A stretch of DNA of 32,000 bases from Erysipelotrichaceae bacterium MTC7 (GCA_001695645.1 LVZN01000018.1:7891-39890), one strand, 5' to 3'; numbered from the stretch's first letter, positions 1-10,289 are shown. Made by a program: numbers and translations. Notes: generated from the sequence alone by a model not told the origin.

Positions 1-339
1 CAAAGCCAAGTTATGAAAAGCGAATATGAAACAAAACTTGCAAATGCACATGCTGAAGCTACTGGCATTCTTGAAAGTGCGAAACATAAAGCAAGTGTTG
101 AAGCAAACCAAATCTTGGAAAAAGCGCATAACGATGCACGCTTGTATAAAGAAAAAGCACAAGTTGAAATCGAACAAGAAAAAACGAGCATTCGTAAAAA
201 TATTAAAGATGAAATTAGTGACATTGCCTTCTTAGCAGCGAAAAAAGTTGTGGAAAAAGAGATGGACGATGACACACATAAAAAATATGTAAAAGATTTT
301 ATTGAACAAGCGCAAGAGGATGAAACATGGCAAGCGTAA
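1..339 (+). CDS. atpF: F1F0 ATP synthase subunit b (stator stalk), 5' end cut by window edge
   Basis: Frame is open from base 1 (caa agc caa gtt atg...), so the Met at 13 is internal. K/E/A-rich coiled-coil tail (KEKAQVEIEQEKTSIRKNIKDEISDIAFLAAKKVVEKE). 13-nt overlap with atpH. Canonical F-H-A-G-D-C order. Confidence 0.85.
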   Translation, partial: QSQVMKSEYETKLANAHAEATGILESAKHKASVEANQILEKAHNDARLYKEKAQVEIEQEKTSIRKNIKDEISDIAFLAAKKVVEKEMDDDTHKKYVKDFIEQAQEDETWQA

Positions 340-860
340 TAGCTAGCCGTTATGCCCAAGCTCTTTTCGAACTAGCCAAACAAGAAGATCTACTTGATGT
401 TTGTAAAGAAGATTTGCAAACCGTAGCAGCTGGGATGATCCAATATCCTGAATTGTTTGCCTTATTAAAACATCCAAGAATCAATAAAAAAGAGCGTAAA
501 GATATTCTGATGAAATCTTTTGCTGGTGGACAAACGTATGTGATGAATTTCTTGAAATTATTAATTGATCGCAATCGTTTTGCTAGTATCAAAGACATTG
601 AGAAACGTTATCAAGAGCTATATAACGAAGAAAAAGGAATTGAAATCGCTTATATTCAAACTGCTAAACCGTTAGATGAAGCGGAAGAACAGCAGATTGT
701 TGATATGCTAAAAGCAAAATTAAAAAAGGACATTATCCCTAAAGTGAAAGTCGAACCAGAATTAATTGCTGGTCTGCGAATTCAAGTGGCTGGTGATGTA
801 CTTGATAATTCTGCACGCAATCGTTTGCAACGATTGAAAGAACAAGCGAAAAACTCATAG
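327..860 (+). CDS. atpH: F1F0 ATP synthase subunit delta (OSCP)
   Basis: 177 aa. N-terminal SRYAQALFELA, typical of delta/OSCP. Located between subunit b and alpha genes. Confidence 0.9.
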   Translation: MASVIASRYAQALFELAKQEDLLDVCKEDLQTVAAGMIQYPELFALLKHPRINKKERKDILMKSFAGGQTYVMNFLKLLIDRNRFASIKDIEKRYQELYNEEKGIEIAYIQTAKPLDEAEEQQIVDMLKAKLKKDIIPKVKVEPELIAGLRIQVAGDVLDNSARNRLQRLKEQAKNS

Positions 861-878
861 AAAAGCGAGGAGGAAGTT

Positions 879-2405
879 ATGGATTTACGACCAGAAGAAA
901 TTAGTGACATTATCAAAGAACAGATCAAACGTTACGATGATGCATTAGAAATATCTGAAACAGGAACGGTCATCAGCGTTGGTGATGGAATCGCGCTAAT
1001 CTATGGATTGGAAAAAGCGATGGCAGGAGAATTGCTTCTTTTCCCGAATGATCTTTATGGAATGGTATTAAACCTTGAAGAAGAGCACGTTGGTGCGGTT
1101 TTGATGGGTGATGACAGTAAAGTTCGTGAAGGTGATGAAGTGAAACGTACCGGACGTATTATTGAGGTACCCGTTGGTGACATGATGTTAGGACGTGTAG
1201 TAAACGCACTAGGTCAAGCCATTGATGGAAAAGACCCAATTGTCAGTGACAAATATCGTCCAGTAGAACGTGTAGCTCCAGGGGTTATGACACGTAAAAG
1301 TGTACATCAACCATTACAAACTGGTTTAAAAAGTATTGACTCAATGATTCCTATTGGAAAAGGACAACGTGAGTTAATCATTGGAGACCGTCAAACCGGA
1401 AAAACTGCAATTGCAATTGATGCGATTTTGAACCAAAAGGGACAAAATGTAAAATGTATCTATGTCGCAATTGGACAAAAAGCAAGTACCGTAGCGCAAA
1501 TCGTAGAAAAACTACGTCACTATGGAGCACTTGAATATACAACGATTGTAACGAGTACTGCAAGTGATGCAGCACCATTGCAATACATTGCACCATATGC
1601 TGGATGTGCCATTGGTGAAGAATGGATGGACAACGGAGAAGATGTACTGATTGTTTATGATGATTTAAGTAAACATGCGGTCGCATATCGTACCATGTCC
1701 CTACTATTAAAACGTCCACCAGGACGTGAAGCATATCCTGGAGATGTATTCTACTTACATTCAAGACTACTTGAACGTAGTGCGAAGTTAAATGAAGAAC
1801 ACGGACTTGGTTCACTCACTGCGCTTCCAATTATCGAAACGCAAGCGGGAGATATTGCTGCCTACATTCCAACCAACGTCATTTCGATTACCGATGGACA
1901 AATCTTCTTGCAAACAGAGTTATTCAACGCGGGGATTCGTCCAGCCGTTGATAGTGGATTGTCAGTAAGTCGTGTTGGTAGTGCGGCCCAAGTAAAAGCG
2001 ATGAAGCAAGTGTCTGGTTCCTTAAAACTTGAACTTGCACAATTCCGTGAAATGCAAGCATTTGCTCAATTCGGAAGTGATTTAGATGCATCAACAAAAG
2101 CAACACTAGATCATGGAGAACGTTTGGTTGAGTTATTAAAACAACATCAATATTCACCATTATCAGTAAGTGAACAAGTCATCTCATTATTTGCTGCTAA
2201 ACACCGTTTCTTAAAAGAAATTGCAGTTGAAGATGTTCTTGAATATGAATCTGGGTTACACCAATTTATCAAAGATTTCCACGGTGATATTATGGAAACA
2301 TTGGATCGCGAACAAGCAATCGATGATACATTGGAAGAAAATATGAAAGCTGCTATTAAGGAATACACAGATAAATTCGTTAGTTTAAGTAAGAATGGCA
2401 AATAA
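879..2405 (+). CDS. atpA: F1F0 ATP synthase subunit alpha
   Basis: 508 aa. Walker A GDRQTGKT. Strongly conserved alpha-subunit sequence throughout. GAGGAGG SD just upstream of the ATG. Confidence 0.98.
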   Translation: MDLRPEEISDIIKEQIKRYDDALEISETGTVISVGDGIALIYGLEKAMAGELLLFPNDLYGMVLNLEEEHVGAVLMGDDSKVREGDEVKRTGRIIEVPVGDMMLGRVVNALGQAIDGKDPIVSDKYRPVERVAPGVMTRKSVHQPLQTGLKSIDSMIPIGKGQRELIIGDRQTGKTAIAIDAILNQKGQNVKCIYVAIGQKASTVAQIVEKLRHYGALEYTTIVTSTASDAAPLQYIAPYAGCAIGEEWMDNGEDVLIVYDDLSKHAVAYRTMSLLLKRPPGREAYPGDVFYLHSRLLERSAKLNEEHGLGSLTALPIIETQAGDIAAYIPTNVISITDGQIFLQTELFNAGIRPAVDSGLSVSRVGSAAQVKAMKQVSGSLKLELAQFREMQAFAQFGSDLDASTKATLDHGERLVELLKQHQYSPLSVSEQVISLFAAKHRFLKEIAVEDVLEYESGLHQFIKDFHGDIMETLDREQAIDDTLEENMKAAIKEYTDKFVSLSKNGK

Positions 2406-3237
2406 GTTAGAAATTAAAAACCGAATTCGTTCGGTTGATTCAACCAAAAAGATTACCAAAGCCATGCAACTTGTAGCAGCAAGTAAACTTAGAAAACAAA
2501 AAGAATTGATGGATACCAATCGTACATATGCGATGTATCTACAAGAAGTGGTCGATCATATTCTATCGACGATTAAAATGAGTGATCATCCGTTTTTGAA
2601 ACGCTCACAATCAAAAAAACGTTTGATTATCGTATATACAAGTGATATGGGGTTGTGTGGTGGATACAATGCCAACACCTATAAATTGCTTGAGGCATCG
2701 ATCAATGAAGGGGACGAAGTTATTGTGCTTGGTTCTAGGGGGACGACCTATTTGAAACGTCGTGATCTCAACATCATTGAAACCAAAATCGGGGTCAGCG
2801 AAGAAGGATATGAAGATATTCTTGATATTGCTGAACTTGCTTTAAAACAATACACAAGTGGTGTAGTTGGAAGCATTGAAGTGCTTTACACAAAATTCGT
2901 GAACTCGATGGACTTTGAACCACAACTGGAATGCTTATTACCAACTTCAAGAAATGAAGAGTTGGAAAAAGAAGTGGTTAAACAAGATGTGATTTTTGAA
3001 CCAGCAGGAGATGCGATTTTAGATGAACTCATTCCGTTGTATTTAAAATCCTTGTTGTATTCTCGTTGGATTGAAACCAAAACTAGTGAGCAAGCATCGC
3101 GTCAAAATGCGATGGAAAATGCGACAGATAACGCACAAGAGTTACGTGATGAACTCGAACTTAAATTTAACCAAGCGCGCCAAGCCTCAATTACGCAAGA
3201 AATTACGGAAATTGTTGGTGGTGCAAGTGCACAGTAG
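2395..3237 (+). CDS. atpG: F1F0 ATP synthase subunit gamma
   Basis: 280 aa. N-terminal [28 protein letters not shown] and C-terminal [12 protein letters not shown] gamma signatures. 11-nt overlap with atpA. Confidence 0.95.
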   Translation: MANKLEIKNRIRSVDSTKKITKAMQLVAASKLRKQKELMDTNRTYAMYLQEVVDHILSTIKMSDHPFLKRSQSKKRLIIVYTSDMGLCGGYNANTYKLLEASINEGDEVIVLGSRGTTYLKRRDLNIIETKIGVSEEGYEDILDIAELALKQYTSGVVGSIEVLYTKFVNSMDFEPQLECLLPTSRNEELEKEVVKQDVIFEPAGDAILDELIPLYLKSLLYSRWIETKTSEQASRQNAMENATDNAQELRDELELKFNQARQASITQEITEIVGGASAQ

Positions 3238-4650
<1,413 letters not shown>

Positions 4651-4652
4651 TC

Positions 4653-5045
4653 ATGATTGATGTACGAATCATTACCCCAGGAGGAATGTACTTACATACA
4701 GAAGTTGATCAATTGAACGCTCGTTCCGTTGATGGAAACTTTGGACTTTTACCAGATCACATGCCAATGGTTGCAATGCTTGATATTTCAAGTATGACGT
4801 TGATTCACAATGGTGTTTCAAAAGACTATGCGGTATCTGGTGGATTACTGGAATACTCCAAAAATATTGTTACCATCTTAACTGATGCAATTGAAGGAGA
4901 GGAAGACATTGATATTGAACGTGCCAAAGCAGCCAAAGAACGTGCAGAAAAACGTTTGCAGGCAAAAGAACACAGTCTCAATATGCGTCGTGCGGAAGTT
5001 GCTTTACGTAAAGCAATCAACCGTATTAACGTGAAAGGTCAATAA
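4653..5045 (+). CDS. atpC: F1F0 ATP synthase subunit epsilon
   Basis: 130 aa. N-terminal beta-sandwich region plus C-terminal helical AKERAEKRL region. Starts 2 nt after the atpD stop. Confidence 0.93.
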   Translation: MIDVRIITPGGMYLHTEVDQLNARSVDGNFGLLPDHMPMVAMLDISSMTLIHNGVSKDYAVSGGLLEYSKNIVTILTDAIEGEEDIDIERAKAAKERAEKRLQAKEHSLNMRRAEVALRKAINRINVKGQ

Positions 5046-5078
5046 GATATGGCATTTGCCATATCTTTCTTTTGTTTT
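5046..5078 (+). terminator. Rho-independent terminator of the atp operon
   Basis: Perfect 8-bp stem GATATGGC (5046-5053) / GCCATATC (5058-5065), loop ATTT, followed by TTTCTTTTGTTTT. Begins immediately after the atpC stop. Confidence 0.85.
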
Positions 5079-5514
5079 CGCAGTGTAGTTATATCATAAA
5101 GATGATTATGTGGATATGATACTACTATGACACCCATATGATATAGTTATATACTAAGATTTATATATTAAAACAACCAAAGTGTGTGGGTTCTATATCG
5201 GAAATGATATAGAGTTTCAAATAATATATAAATTAATAATGGTATTGTAATTAATCCATTAATACACTACAATATATGTAGGATAAAATAGAAAAATTGA
5301 TCTACAATTAATGGACAAGTTCTCGGTAATTGACTAGGAAGAATGTTACCTTGAAAGATATGACCAATTGCTAATTGTGTGAATAACCCTGTATTCAACA
5401 TAATTCTTGTTCATTAAACATAGAGTAGTTTCCTTTACACACACTAATTAACTCAAAACTTTGTAGCGTATCATCCGTACGCTTGTAAATCAATTTAACG
5501 TTATCCGGCAGAAA

Positions 5515-5546
5515 AGAGGTACCTTGCAGTATCTCTTTTTTATTTC
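5515..5546 (+). terminator. Terminator-like hairpin inside the atpC-pstS intergenic region (transcript unknown)
   Basis: Stem AGAGGTAC (5515-5522) / GTATCTCT (5529-5536), 8 bp with one G.U, loop CTTGCA, then TTTTTTATTTCTTT. No annotated gene ends here. Confidence 0.45.
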
Positions 5547-5632
5547 TTTACATAAGTTAACCAAATGCTAATCATCTACTCATTTTACCTTAACAAACCT
5601 CTACTATACTTTTTTTATGTAAGAGGAGGAAT

Positions 5633-6448
5633 ATGATGAAAAAAATATTCGTATTGATGTTACTATGTAGCATATGTTTGGTAGGGTGTAATTCAGAAAG
5701 TGACACAGCAAACAAAGAGGAAAAGAAAGAACTAATCGTTGGTGGATCAACAAGTGTACAACCACTCATGGAAGAAGTTGCAGCAAGTTTTATGGAAGAA
5801 TCAGACTATACAGTTGCTGTCCAAGGTGGTGGTTCTAGTGTTGGTACCAAAGGTGCAATGGAAGGGACGCTTGACGTAGGGGCAGTCTCTAGAGATTTAA
5901 AAGACGATGAAAAAGCAGAATTAGATGGAACTATTATCGCACTTGATGGTATCGTCGTGATTGTGAATACAGAAAATAAATTGGAAAACATTACGTTACA
6001 ACAACTTGCAGATATTTATACAGGAAAAATTACAAACTGGAAAGAAGTTGGTGGAGCAGATGCAGCAATTTCCGTAGTTTCTCGTGAAGAAGGAAGTGGA
6101 ACGCGTGATGGTTTTGAAAGCATTGTTGGTTTTGAATCAGAAGACTTAATGAAAGATTCAGATATTCAAAATGCAACGGGTGGAGTTATCTCAACGGTAT
6201 CAACAAATGCTAATAGCATTGGATATATCTCAATGGGATCTGTTTCTGATCAAGTCGATGTCCTTCGCGTTGAAGAAGTAACACCAAGTGTAGAAACGGT
6301 AAAAGATGGATCATATAAATTACAAAGACCATTTGTTTTAGCAGTCAAAAAGCAAAATGAAGATGCTAAAGCCTTATTTGACTACATTTTCTCAGATGCT
6401 GGTAAAAAAATCATTGAAGAAATGAAATATATTCCAGTCGAAAAATAA
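5633..6448 (+). CDS. pstS: PstS-family phosphate-binding lipoprotein (ABC substrate-binding protein), no cognate permease/ATPase genes adjacent
   Basis: 271 aa. Lipoprotein signal with lipobox LVGC (Cys19). PstS-family motifs GGSTSVQP, VQGGGSSVG, SREEGSGTRD, ITNWKEVGG. AAGAGGAGGA SD upstream. Confidence 0.85.
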   Translation: MMKKIFVLMLLCSICLVGCNSESDTANKEEKKELIVGGSTSVQPLMEEVAASFMEESDYTVAVQGGGSSVGTKGAMEGTLDVGAVSRDLKDDEKAELDGTIIALDGIVVIVNTENKLENITLQQLADIYTGKITNWKEVGGADAAISVVSREEGSGTRDGFESIVGFESEDLMKDSDIQNATGGVISTVSTNANSIGYISMGSVSDQVDVLRVEEVTPSVETVKDGSYKLQRPFVLAVKKQNEDAKALFDYIFSDAGKKIIEEMKYIPVEK

Positions 6449-6457
6449 AGATAAAGC

Positions 6458-6492
6458 AAGCGATTTTCTGGCGTGAATTTCGCTTTTTATTT
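6458..6492 (+). terminator. Weak terminator candidate after pstS
   Basis: AAGCGA (6458-6463) / TCGCTT (6480-6485) 6-bp stem with a large 16-nt loop, followed by TTTTATTT. Confidence 0.4.
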
Positions 6493-6636
6493 GTGAAAAA
6501 AAGTGCAAGTTCTATGTGAAAAAACTCGCAAAGTATTTGATTGTTATTCGATATAAAAGTGATAGAATAAACAACGTAAGCGTTGAACAAGTCCACTTAT
6601 TCAATACCTACTATATCTATTTTAGGAGGTTGTAAC

Positions 6637-7827
6637 ATGATTAATACATTTAGTGAAACACACCGTTGTTTGCGGTGTAAAGTACCGATGTGTCAAAAGG
6701 GATGTCCAATTTCGACAAATATTCCAGGTGTGATCACTGCACTAGAACAAAACAGTTTAGAAACAGCAGGGCAAATACTATTCGATAACAATCCATTATC
6801 GTTGGTTTGTTCCTTGGTTTGTAATCATGAAAAGCAATGTGAGGGGCATTGTGTATTAAATCATAAAGGCGTACCAATTCAATTTGGTGAAATCGAGCAT
6901 TATATTTCGGATGCATACTTTGATAAAATGCCAGTAATCAAAGAGGAACGCAATCACAAAAAAGTTGCTATCATCGGGTCAGGTCCTGCAGGGATTACGA
7001 TTAGTGCCATCCTAACAAAGCGTGGGTATGACGTAACCATCTTTGAGGCAAAAAGTGATTTGGGTGGGGTCCTTCGTTATGGAATTCCTGAATTTCGTTT
7101 ACCCAAACGGATACTTGATCGTTACCACAAGAAACTGTTATCCATTGGGGTAAAGATTCGCTTTAATACTACCATTGGTGGAGCTTTGAAGATTGATGAT
7201 TTGTTTCGTGATGGCTACAAGAGCATTTTCGTTGGTACAGGAACATGGAGACCAAAATCATTAGGTATCAAGGGTGAAAGTTTGGGGAACGTTAACTTTG
7301 CCATTGATTATTTAGCAAGCCCAGAAACCTTTAGTTTGGGTCAACGTCTATTAATCATTGGGGTTGGTAATGCTGCAATGGATGTTGCAAGAACCGCCTT
7401 GCGTCATGGTGTACAACATGTCTACATGACCTCTTTAACCGATGAAATTACCGCAAGTGAAAAAGAAGTTGACAGTGCACGACTAGAGGGTGCCCAGTTG
7501 CTATATTATAAGATTCCTGTAGAAATTGATGATACAGGGGTAATCTTTAAAGATGCAAATACGGGAGAACTTGAACATATCGATTCGGATTCTGTGATTG
7601 TATCGATTTCACAAGACCCTAAAGATAAACTTGTAAGTACGACATCAGGTTTAAAAGCAAATGACAAAGGACTGTTAGAAACGGATGCAGAAGGGCATAC
7701 AACACTTCCTGGCATCTTTGCTGCAGGAGATGTTGTCATGGGTGCTAAGACCGTGGTAGAGGCAGTAAATCAAGCCAAACAGGTCGCTGATCATATGGAT
7801 GCCTACATGAAAAGCTTAGAAGCCTAA
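6637..7827 (+). CDS. GltD/NfnB-family NAD(P)H-dependent Fe-S flavoprotein oxidoreductase (glutamate synthase small-subunit-like)
   Basis: Start moved from the track's 6583 to the ATG at 6637, which follows AGGAGG (6624-6629). Cys clusters CLRCKVPMCQKGCP and CSLVCNHEKQCEGHC. Dinucleotide folds VAIIGSGPAGIT and LLIIGVGNAAMD. GVLRYGIPEFRLPK and C-terminal IFAAGDVV. Confidence 0.85.
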   Translation: MINTFSETHRCLRCKVPMCQKGCPISTNIPGVITALEQNSLETAGQILFDNNPLSLVCSLVCNHEKQCEGHCVLNHKGVPIQFGEIEHYISDAYFDKMPVIKEERNHKKVAIIGSGPAGITISAILTKRGYDVTIFEAKSDLGGVLRYGIPEFRLPKRILDRYHKKLLSIGVKIRFNTTIGGALKIDDLFRDGYKSIFVGTGTWRPKSLGIKGESLGNVNFAIDYLASPETFSLGQRLLIIGVGNAAMDVARTALRHGVQHVYMTSLTDEITASEKEVDSARLEGAQLLYYKIPVEIDDTGVIFKDANTGELEHIDSDSVIVSISQDPKDKLVSTTSGLKANDKGLLETDAEGHTTLPGIFAAGDVVMGAKTVVEAVNQAKQVADHMDAYMKSLEA

Positions 7828-7902
7828 CTATAATTATTTCATTCATGCTTTTGTCAACGTAAAGAAACCTGTATACTTTTAGTAAGTGTAGGGGGAAACA
7901 AT

Positions 7903-8811
7903 ATGAAATTGATTCGATATAAACATCAGAAAGAAATCAAACTTGGCGTTGTATCGCTTGATGAAACAACGGTGATTTCAGTATCTGAAATTTTACAGCA
8001 AACATTTGAACATGATATGAATGTCTTAATTGAACAGATACAACAACAAGACATACAAACCATACAAAAGTATCTAGCTGCTACAACAGGTGGTGTACCC
8101 TTAGTACAGGTTCAAGTTCTCGCACCAATTGCACGTTCGAAGCACGATGTGATTGCAGTAGGTCTAAACTATCAAGCCCATGTCAAAGAAGCTGAACGAG
8201 GCTTTTTACGACATGTTGAAAAAAAGGATCCACCAATTTACTTTGGAAAACGAGGGACAGACATCCTTGGTCCTGGTGCAACCATTCCTGGTTGTTATGA
8301 TGTTGATGAAAAGATTGATTATGAAGTCGAGTTGGCGGTTATCATTAAGAAAACAGGAAAAGACATTCCTGTAGAAAAGGCGTTAGATTATGTATTTGGT
8401 TACACGATTTTAAACGACGTATCTTCTCGGGGATTGCAACGTGGTCGGATTCAATGGAACAAAGGAAAATCACTTGATGGTTACACCATCATGGGTCCAT
8501 GCATTGTAAGTGCGGATGCCTTTGATACTTCACAACCACACGCAGTACAATCCTATATCAATGGTGAATTAAGACAAAATGGAAACACACAAGATATGAT
8601 TCATACCGTTGCGGAATTGATTAGTGACTATTCACAAGGGATCACCATAGAAGCGGGAGATATCATAGCTACAGGAACACCTGCAGGTGTTGGTATGGGC
8701 TTTGAACCACCAAAATGGCTTGTGGATGGTGATCGAATCACTTGTAAGATTGAAGGTATAGGGACATTGGCAAATACCATAAAGAAACGAACTAAAAAAA
8801 GCGAGGGATGA
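7903..8811 (+). CDS. Fumarylacetoacetate hydrolase (FAH) family protein
   Basis: 302 aa. FAH-fold motifs GLNYQAH, DYEVELAVII, GYTILNDVSSR, KGKSLDG, GDIIATGTPAGVG. AGGGGGA SD upstream. No terminator between it and the upstream gene. Confidence 0.88.
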   Translation: MKLIRYKHQKEIKLGVVSLDETTVISVSEILQQTFEHDMNVLIEQIQQQDIQTIQKYLAATTGGVPLVQVQVLAPIARSKHDVIAVGLNYQAHVKEAERGFLRHVEKKDPPIYFGKRGTDILGPGATIPGCYDVDEKIDYEVELAVIIKKTGKDIPVEKALDYVFGYTILNDVSSRGLQRGRIQWNKGKSLDGYTIMGPCIVSADAFDTSQPHAVQSYINGELRQNGNTQDMIHTVAELISDYSQGITIEAGDIIATGTPAGVGMGFEPPKWLVDGDRITCKIEGIGTLANTIKKRTKKSEG

Positions 8812-8832
8812 TTCCTTCGCTTTACCTTTTTA
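8794..8832. terminator. Shared (bidirectional) terminator between convergent FAH and Gfo/Idh/MocA genes
   Basis: 10-bp stem AAGCGAGGGA (8799-8808) / TCCTTCGCTT (8813-8822) with one G.U, loop TGAT. A7 run on the left (a T-run for the minus-strand transcript) and CTTTTT on the right. The hairpin overlaps both stop codons. Confidence 0.7.
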
Positions 8833-9766
8833 CGAGTTCTAAGATCGCTTTACTCTGTGTATAACCCATCAGTGGACTTTCCAATAGGTTGTTAGAAATA
8901 CAGGCTATTGCATGTTCAATTTCCCCAGTAAAGTCACTATTCATATCAACTTCAATTACTTGCTTATGACCATTGGTGTATACATAGGCTTTTGTGCCTT
9001 TCCAAAAAGCTGGTATGCAAATGTAGCCAAAATCACCAATCAAGTAACCAGTACCCTTTGCTTCAGGGGTATACAACCAACTACTGCTTATGCTTGCTTG
9101 GATGCCATTTTCATAGGTTACAAGTGCTTGCAAGCCAAAATCGCAGCCATAGTTTGGCATATGTGTTTTACTGGTTTGTGCGTGTTGGATCATACTGTTT
9201 GCATAGTAGTTGGCAAAACAAGTCGGATAAACACCAATATCGAATGCACAACCGCCGTAGATAGGATCAAGTGACCAATGGTCCGGTTGGATATCATCAT
9301 CGAATAAGCGATAACTGTATTCTGCACGAATTTGGCGTAAAACACCAATGATTCCATCTTGTACGAGTTGGAAGATTTTTTGATTGAGTGGAGTAAACAC
9401 AGTTTTGTGTGCTTCCATCAAAAAACACTGGTTTTGCTTTGCTAGTGAAAAAAGAGCTTCCAATTCTGCAATTTCTGTAACCATGATTTTTTCACAGATG
9501 ACATGTTTTTTTGCTTCCAAGCACTGTTTGATTACATCATGGTGCAATTGGTTAGGGACACATACATAGACCAATTCCACTTGTGGATCTTCCAATAGTT
9601 GTTCATAACAACCATAAGCAACCTGTGCTCCATAATGCTCTTTAAACTGTTGTGCACGCTTTATGTCTCTTGCACCTACCGCATATAACGTTGCCTGGCT
9701 AGCAAAGTTGACACCTTGGGCCACGCGTTTGGCGATAGTTCCTAAACCAATAATCGCTACATTCAT
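8822..9766 (-). CDS. Gfo/Idh/MocA family NAD(P)-dependent oxidoreductase
   Basis: 314 aa. N-terminal Rossmann MNVAIIGLGTIAKR. EKP-like motif VICEKIM. C-terminal alpha/beta domain. GAGG SD upstream on the minus strand. Confidence 0.85.
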   Translation of the reverse strand: MNVAIIGLGTIAKRVAQGVNFASQATLYAVGARDIKRAQQFKEHYGAQVAYGCYEQLLEDPQVELVYVCVPNQLHHDVIKQCLEAKKHVICEKIMVTEIAELEALFSLAKQNQCFLMEAHKTVFTPLNQKIFQLVQDGIIGVLRQIRAEYSYRLFDDDIQPDHWSLDPIYGGCAFDIGVYPTCFANYYANSMIQHAQTSKTHMPNYGCDFGLQALVTYENGIQASISSSWLYTPEAKGTGYLIGDFGYICIPAFWKGTKAYVYTNGHKQVIEVDMNSDFTGEIEHAIACISNNLLESPLMGYTQSKAILELVKR

Positions 9767-9786
9767 AAACCTACCTCACTACATCT

Positions 9787-9795
9787 AGTATAACA
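9787..9795 (-). promoter_or_regulatory. Extended -10 (TGTTATACT) candidate for the Gfo/Idh/MocA gene
   Basis: Complement of 9787-9795 reads TGTTATACT, ~20 nt upstream of the SD/ATG and directly downstream of the dps terminator. Confidence 0.35.
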
Positions 9796-9805
9796 AAGGT
9801 TCCAC

Positions 9806-9830
9806 ATAAAAAAAGAGGCAAGCGCCTCTA
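9806..9830 (-). terminator. Rho-independent terminator of dps
   Basis: On the minus strand: AGAGGC-GCTT-GCCTCT (plus 9814-9829) followed by a T-run (plus-strand A-run 9808-9813). Lies 5 nt after the dps stop. Confidence 0.8.
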
Positions 9831-9834
9831 ATTC

Positions 9835-10227
9835 TTACAATACTTGGTTGATCATCCAAATTGATTTTGTAAATTCTTTGATGTAGTCATCCATTTGGAT
9901 ACCAACAACATCAAGGTTTTTTGCTTCTGCAGCTTCTTTGACTTGTCGTACTTCAACCCAAACATCTTTGCTGTTTTTGTAATCAAGATCTGCTTCCTTG
10001 ATTGCACTAACAGCCAAATAATCCTTCAATGAAGCGAGCGGTTTTTCATTAACCATTAGAATGAGTTCACCAACTTCGTCAATAGCTTCATTAATATAAT
10101 TGTAGAATTCTTCCAATTTGGCATGAGCGGTAAAGAAGTCACTTCCTTTTACATACCAGTGAAAGTTTTGTAGTTTGTGATATTCAACGACCAAATCGGC
10201 CAATAATGCATTTAATTGTTTTTCCAT
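9835..10227 (-). CDS. dps: Dps-family DNA-protection/ferritin-like protein (short form)
   Basis: 130 aa. KLQNFHWYVKGSDFFTAHAKLEEFY...IDEVGE matches the Dps ferroxidase-centre region (His, His, Asp, Glu positions present). Confidence 0.9.
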   Translation of the reverse strand: MEKQLNALLADLVVEYHKLQNFHWYVKGSDFFTAHAKLEEFYNYINEAIDEVGELILMVNEKPLASLKDYLAVSAIKEADLDYKNSKDVWVEVRQVKEAAEAKNLDVVGIQMDDYIKEFTKSIWMINQVL

Positions 10228-10262
10228 AATCTATGTACCTTCCTTTTCTTTCTTGTTTATAT

Positions 10263-10289
10263 GTATAATTATACTAAGAATGATTCTTA
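10263..10289 (-). promoter_or_regulatory. dps promoter core with two perfect palindromes (candidate Fur-family/PerR-type operator)
   Basis: GTATAATTATAC (10263-10274, contains the minus-strand TATAAT -10). 7-1-7 inverted repeat TAAGAAT-G-ATTCTTA (10275-10289) fills the -10/-35 spacer. -35-like TTGTTT = complement of 10290-10295. Confidence 0.5.
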
